A DNA stretch of 64,000 nt, from the NCBI GenBank assembly GCA_002746605.1, contig PDPT01000041.1, positions 6,051-70,050 on the forward strand, given 5' to 3'. The notes under the pieces are model-generated. The model ran no database searches, was not told where the DNA came from, and was given only the letters and a program-made list of their open reading frames with translations. This document shows positions 59,094 to 64,000 of this stretch, piece after piece. Both the position numbers and the translations under genes were made by a program. The first letter of the stretch is position 1. Each line of letters opens with the position of its first letter. This stretch comes from Ignavibacteriota bacterium. GTDB lineage: Bacteria > Bacteroidota > Ignavibacteria > Ignavibacteriales > Melioribacteraceae.

Positions 59094-62000
59094 TTATAGT
59101 TCCTTCAGTAATTCTTCTACAGCTTTTTTAAGTTGTAAATCGTTTTCGGTTGTTTTTGCGTTTGGTGAGTTTTCAACAATAATATCCGGAACAGCAGGAA
59201 CTAAGTCCATATTTGAATTATCCGCTTTTACAAACCAGCCTCTAAATGGTAATCTAATAAAAGAACCGTCTATTAAGCCCAAACCGCCTGTAGAAATAAC
59301 TGCTCCGAATGTTGGTACGCCAATTAGCTTGCCAATTCCCAAATGTTTATAAGCATGGGAAAAAATTTCTGCATTGGAATAACTATTTTGATTGCAAAGT
59401 ACAATTGAAGGTTTTGTCCAAGCCGAATAAGGAAGCCTTTCCCCGAGTGGATAATATTCTCTAAATTTATTTTTTTCTATTTTTAGATTTTTTGCAGCAC
59501 CTCTCGGAATTGTATAAGCGTGTTGCTTGTAATTTAGGACTGTCATTAAGTAATCGGTTATCCATCCGCCGCCGTTAAATCTAACATCAATAACAATTCC
59601 TTCTTTACCGTGTGCCCTGGCAGTAAATTCTCTTTCAAATCTTTCAAAACTATTCCAGCCCATTGCCTGAATGTGTAAGTATCCGAGTTTTCCTTTAGAG
59701 AACTTATCAACGAGCTTTCTGTTTCTTTCTACCCATTGGTTATAGAGCTCTTTTCTTAATGATGTTGTTGGTCTAATTGCAATCTCTAAATCTTTTCCTT
59801 TTCTTTCAACATTAAGTAAAATCTTTTGGTCTGCTTTGTTGTTTAACAAGGAATAGAAATTTGTTGTTTTTGTAATTGGATTACCATTAACTGCTTTAAT
59901 AATATCATTTACTTTTAATCTGCTATTGTTTTTATCTGCAGGAGATGTATCAATAATATGTATTACTTTTATGCCGTTTTCAACTTGTTCAATAGAAATT
60001 CCTAACATACCTGTTTTGTCATTTTGTAATTGTTCTCTGGCAGCGTGGCTTTTCATTCCCATATGACTTGCATTTACTTGTCCGAGCATAATGTTATACA
60101 TATCAGCAAAATCTTGATCTGTTGAAGCAGCCATACACCAAGGTTTGTATTTAGATTTTAATGAATCCCAGTTTTGTCCGTGGAAGTTGGGGTCATAAAA
60201 TTTATCTCTTAATGCTCTCCAACTTTCTTCAAATTTTTGTTTTTTCTCTTCACTAAAATTTATTTCCATTTTTGCATTAAAAGGAAGTGTCTCGTTTTTG
60301 CCACTCTTTAAGTCTAATCTATTTAGCATTCCTTTTTGATTGTAAAACAAGTAATTTCCATCATCCGAAGTTTTAAGATTCCAAAGATTGCTTCCTGAAG
60401 AAGTTAATTCTTTAATATCTTTTCCATTCCATTTTATACTGAAAATATCACTTCCTTTTTTTGTAGGTGATTTACTTCTAAAATAAATTGTTTCTCCGTC
60501 ATCCGAAAATTGAAAATCGGTTTGGTCTCCATCAAGCGAAGTAACCTGAACTAATCTTTCAAAAATATTTTCAGTATCAATTTCAATTGTTTTTACTTTA
60601 GTTGAATCTTTATCTTTCTTATCTTCTTTTGATTCTTCATATTCATCCCAATCATCTTGGGTTTTCTCCCAATCATCTTTCTTTAACCACACAAACCAAA
60701 TATCGAAATTATTATTTTTTCTTTGTGATACAAAACCAAGTTTGCTTCCATCTTTACTCCAAACAGGTAAAAAATCATTTCTCGGATGCATACTCACATT
60801 TATCGGTACGGCATTTTTTTCAAGTGGATAAATATAAATTTCATTATTGAAATAAAGATCGCTCAATGAGTAAGCTAACCATTTACTATCAGGACTCCAA
60901 CTAATATTCTTTGGGGTTGCCCAGCCGTCTAAGATTGTTTGGGAGTTGCTGAGTTTTCCGCTTTGAACTAAGTCTGCTTTAATAAGTTCGCCAATACCGA
61001 GTTGATAAACAATACTTTTTCTATCTGGCGAAACAACGGGGGATGATTCATTTTCCGGTGTGTCAGTTATTCTGATTGTTTTATGTTTGAGAGATTTAAA
61101 TATGTTGGACTCATTATTATCAGAAGAAGTAAGCATATATAAATCTTTCTGTCCTTCTCGATCGCTGATAAAAATTAAAGTTGAGTCATTGAGCCAAGCG
61201 GGATCTTGATCGCGGTAAGGGTGATTTGTAAGATTTATAGTTTTATTTTTTTCTTTGTTGTTTTCCGTTAAAAAAATTTCGCCACGAACTACAAACGCCG
61301 TATACTTTCCATTAGGCGAAACAGAATATTCATCCATTTTATTAGAAAAGTTTTTGGAAATAACAGGATCAAATCTGTAATCGGAAGAAATTTCTATGTT
61401 TACCTTGCTTATAGAATTATCTGAAAGATTTAATAAATAAATATTTGTTCCTTTTTCAAAAACGATGAATTTACCGTTTCCACTTACATTAAAATATCTG
61501 ATTCCATTATCTTCAAAGTTTGTTATTTGCTCAGGGGAACTTATTTTTCTCCCTTTATCATCAATATTCATTTTGTACAAATTATATTTTCCGTTACGCG
61601 AACTAATAAAATATAATGTTTTGGAATCAGCCCAGCGCGGCAACAAATCGTGTCCGTCAAAATCAGTTAATTTGTTAAAAGATTTTTTTGCAATATCGTA
61701 AGTCCAAATATCATAATTAGCACTTCCTTTATAAGCTTCTCTCGTAACTCGTCCCCATCCGATAGATAAAGCAATAAATTTGTTATCAGGTGATTTTGTT
61801 GCAGTTTTTCCGGTTGCATCAAGTAAAAGATGAGGTGTGCCTCCGTTAGCTGAAACAAAATTTAATTCTTGATCCCACTCTACTTCTTTGAAGTTTCTTG
61901 CCGTAGAAAAAAGAAGAGTGTTATCGGTAGCAAAATCGGTTAAATTGTCATTTGCTGAATGATATGTAAGTCTTGTAGGCGTTCCTCCATTTGAAGGAAT

Positions 62001-62279
62001 GATAAAGATATCATTGTTTCCATATCGATTTGAAGAAAAAGCAATTTTATTATCGTCTTTACTCCAAAATGGATTTGTTTCATAAGCTTCATGTATTGTT
62101 ATGCGTTCTGCTCTTCCACCTTTAGATGGCACTACCCACAAATCTCCTGAATAGGAAAAGACAATTTTGCTGCCGTCTTTGTTTATATCCGGAAATCTGC
62201 ATAAAAGTGTTTGTTCTTGAGCATAGAAAATTGAAGTGAAAACAATCAACATAAGAATAATTCTTAAAGTTTTAATCAT
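59094..62279 (-). CDS. Secreted tricorn-like protease: TolB-type beta-propellers + PDZ + S41 peptidase domain
   Basis: 1061 aa with a signal peptide (…FTSIFYAQ). Repeated P.WS.DG..I.F.S.R.G..D(I/L)(W/Y/F) propeller blades. PDZ-like segment (GISIEQVENGIKVIHI…). C-terminal S41-like block (VIDVRFNGGGW). Confidence 0.8.
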   Translation of the reverse strand: MIKTLRIILMLIVFTSIFYAQEQTLLCRFPDINKDGSKIVFSYSGDLWVVPSKGGRAERITIHEAYETNPFWSKDDNKIAFSSNRYGNNDIFIIPSNGGTPTRLTYHSANDNLTDFATDNTLLFSTARNFKEVEWDQELNFVSANGGTPHLLLDATGKTATKSPDNKFIALSIGWGRVTREAYKGSANYDIWTYDIAKKSFNKLTDFDGHDLLPRWADSKTLYFISSRNGKYNLYKMNIDDKGRKISSPEQITNFEDNGIRYFNVSGNGKFIVFEKGTNIYLLNLSDNSISKVNIEISSDYRFDPVISKNFSNKMDEYSVSPNGKYTAFVVRGEIFLTENNKEKNKTINLTNHPYRDQDPAWLNDSTLIFISDREGQKDLYMLTSSDNNESNIFKSLKHKTIRITDTPENESSPVVSPDRKSIVYQLGIGELIKADLVQSGKLSNSQTILDGWATPKNISWSPDSKWLAYSLSDLYFNNEIYIYPLEKNAVPINVSMHPRNDFLPVWSKDGSKLGFVSQRKNNNFDIWFVWLKKDDWEKTQDDWDEYEESKEDKKDKDSTKVKTIEIDTENIFERLVQVTSLDGDQTDFQFSDDGETIYFRSKSPTKKGSDIFSIKWNGKDIKELTSSGSNLWNLKTSDDGNYLFYNQKGMLNRLDLKSGKNETLPFNAKMEINFSEEKKQKFEESWRALRDKFYDPNFHGQNWDSLKSKYKPWCMAASTDQDFADMYNIMLGQVNASHMGMKSHAAREQLQNDKTGMLGISIEQVENGIKVIHIIDTSPADKNNSRLKVNDIIKAVNGNPITKTTNFYSLLNNKADQKILLNVERKGKDLEIAIRPTTSLRKELYNQWVERNRKLVDKFSKGKLGYLHIQAMGWNSFERFEREFTARAHGKEGIVIDVRFNGGGWITDYLMTVLNYKQHAYTIPRGAAKNLKIEKNKFREYYPLGERLPYSAWTKPSIVLCNQNSYSNAEIFSHAYKHLGIGKLIGVPTFGAVISTGGLGLIDGSFIRLPFRGWFVKADNSNMDLVPAVPDIIVENSPNAKTTENDLQLKKAVEELLKEL

Positions 62280-62460
62280 ATTTTTTACTCCCTTGATGTT
62301 TGATTAAATAAGTATTTGCAAATTTAGCTAATTAGCCTGAAAAAAATTAATGTAAACGGAATTAAAGTTCTAAGTGAATGAAAAAGATATTCTTCATGTT
62401 TATGGTAAATATGTTTAATTTTGAAGTGGTGTATATTTTATTAAAAATTTGTGAGTTAAA

Positions 62461-63519
62461 ATGAATGTAAAAAAATCTCTTTACGGAAATAAAGATAGCC
62501 AAGAAATTTATCTTTATACTTTAACCAATAAGAATGGAATGATTGTTTCACTAACAAATTACGGTGGCATTATTACGGAAATTATTGTTAAAGATAAATA
62601 TGGTAAATTCAGTGATGTTACACTTGGATTTGATAGTTTTGAAAAATATTTAAACAACTCTGTTTACTTTGGTGCAATTGTCGGAAGATGTGCGAATAGA
62701 ATTGCCAACAGTAAATTTACAATTGACGATGTTGAATATAAAGTTACCCCCAATGTAAATCCGCATCATCTGCATGGTGGAGAAATTGGTTTTGACCAAA
62801 AAATTTGGGAAGCCGAATCTTTCAAAAAAGAAGATGAAGTTGGTGTAATTCTACGGTACTTCAGCAAAAATGGGGAAGAGGGCTATCCCGGTAATCTTAA
62901 AATTAAAGTAATTTATTGTTTAAATAATAAAGATGAAATTAAAATAGATTTTTTTGCTGAGACTGATAAATCGACACACATCAACTTAACAAATCACACA
63001 TATTTTAATTTGAAAGATGCAGGCAAAACTCCCGTTTATGGGCATGAACTTCAAATTAATGCCGACTCATTTATGCCAATGACAAATGAATCAATTGTAA
63101 CCGGAGAAATTGTTCCGGTTCAAAACACACCTTTCGATTTAACGAAAATGAAATCAATCGGGTTAAATATAAATAGTGAACATGAACAAATAAAAATCGG
63201 CAGAGGCTTTGACCATAATTTTGTCTTGAACGGAAAAAATGGTGAACTAAAAGAAGCTGCAAAAGTTTTTGAGCCGACAACCGGAAGAATACTTAAAGTT
63301 TTAACAACCGAACCCGGAGTTCAATTCTATGCAGGGAACTATCTTGATGAAACTCTAAAAGGAAAACATAATACAAAATATTTTCCGAGAGCCGGATTTT
63401 GTTTGGAAACTCAGCACTTTCCTAATACACCTAATAATCCAAGTTTTCCGAAAACTTTGTTGAGTCCCGGAGAAAAGTTTAATTCAACTACTATTTTTAA
63501 GTTTGGGCTAGAAAAATAA
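62461..63519 (+). CDS. galM: Aldose 1-epimerase (mutarotase)
   Basis: 352 aa. GRCANRIA, HLHGG, LTNHTYFNL, FDHNF and GFCLETQHFPN signatures. Confidence 0.9.
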   Translation: MNVKKSLYGNKDSQEIYLYTLTNKNGMIVSLTNYGGIITEIIVKDKYGKFSDVTLGFDSFEKYLNNSVYFGAIVGRCANRIANSKFTIDDVEYKVTPNVNPHHLHGGEIGFDQKIWEAESFKKEDEVGVILRYFSKNGEEGYPGNLKIKVIYCLNNKDEIKIDFFAETDKSTHINLTNHTYFNLKDAGKTPVYGHELQINADSFMPMTNESIVTGEIVPVQNTPFDLTKMKSIGLNINSEHEQIKIGRGFDHNFVLNGKNGELKEAAKVFEPTTGRILKVLTTEPGVQFYAGNYLDETLKGKHNTKYFPRAGFCLETQHFPNTPNNPSFPKTLLSPGEKFNSTTIFKFGLEK

Positions 63520-63743
63520 TATATAATAATCATTATATTTAAAAAAAATAAAAATTTTCTATTCTATAGCTTTATATTCTAAATGCGAAATAATTGATGA
63601 ATTTAATGCTTTCTTTATTAAATGGCATAGTAGTTAATTATTTTAATTTATTTTTAATTTTAGTAGATAGTTATTTAATGTTGCCTGTAAATAGAAAGCA
63701 AATAATATTTTTTTAATAAAATTTAAGGAATGTATAGAAAACT

Positions 63744-64000
63744 ATGAAGCATAAATCTAATAAATGGAAAAAATTCTTAATTATTCTAATTCTCTTTTTA
63801 GCCGGTTATTTTATCTTTAATAAATTCTTAAAAGATGAATTAAAACAAGTTAGAATTGATAAATCAGGTAAAATTACAGCCACCACAAAACTTGTTGTAG
63901 CCGAACAGAAACAATACTATTCCCGCTTTGTAGATACCGGAAGCAAAAATGAATTTCTTAACGCAATAACTTTAGGATTCTTAAAAGGGAAACTTTATTT
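63744..64000 (+). CDS. Hypothetical membrane-anchored protein, 3' end beyond window
   Basis: Hand translation from ATG 63744 stays open to the window end (MKHKSNKWKKFLIILILFLAGYFIFNKFLKDEL…). One N-terminal TM helix. Not in the ORF track because no stop is reached. Confidence 0.4.
   Translation, partial: MKHKSNKWKKFLIILILFLAGYFIFNKFLKDELKQVRIDKSGKITATTKLVVAEQKQYYSRFVDTGSKNEFLNAITLGFLKGKLY

Overview
This 64-kb window is visibly AT-rich (about one-third G+C by eye, not computed) and densely coding. I support about 58 protein genes, one tRNA-Ser(GGA) and several hairpin terminators.

Gene content points to a chromosomal core region of an FCB-group bacterium (Ignavibacteria/Bacteroidota-like). 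That inference rests on parAB followed by a DUF5683-like gene, a DUF2723-like giant membrane protein, glycan-degrading genes, a sigma-54 activator and a secreted tricorn-like S41 protease.

Recognisable content:
- DNA repair: uvrC, uvrA, recR, recO.
- SAM/methyl cycle: metK-ahcY, an MtaD-type deaminase, an MtnA-type isomerase.
- Phospholipid synthesis: pssA-psd.
- Aromatic amino acids: aroC, aroQ.
- Purines: large purL.
- Other housekeeping: gatA, tatA, ybaB, htrA, rocD, parAB.
- Two sugar loci: a GH13 amylase with an MFS transporter, and a GH29 fucosidase with an S1 sulfatase, a FucP-type permease and a ROK kinase.

I saw no CRISPR array, rRNA, transposase, integrase, phage genes, recognisable defence genes or riboswitch.

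I did not find a convincing new system, and the window reads as largely ordinary. The best follow-up candidates are all modest:
1. A PfkB kinase translationally coupled to the MtnA-type isomerase.
2. The fucosidase/sulfatase/permease/kinase locus, including a Tat-like sulfatase signal and a small upstream ORF.
3. Two tandem paralogous lipoproteins inside a tightly packed ybaB-recR-methyltransferase-ftsX gene string.
4. A 49-aa CxxC...CxxC ORF missing from the ORF track, downstream of gatA.
5. An orphan sigma-54 response regulator overlapping a HIT gene.

All family assignments come from motif recognition by eye. No database search was run.
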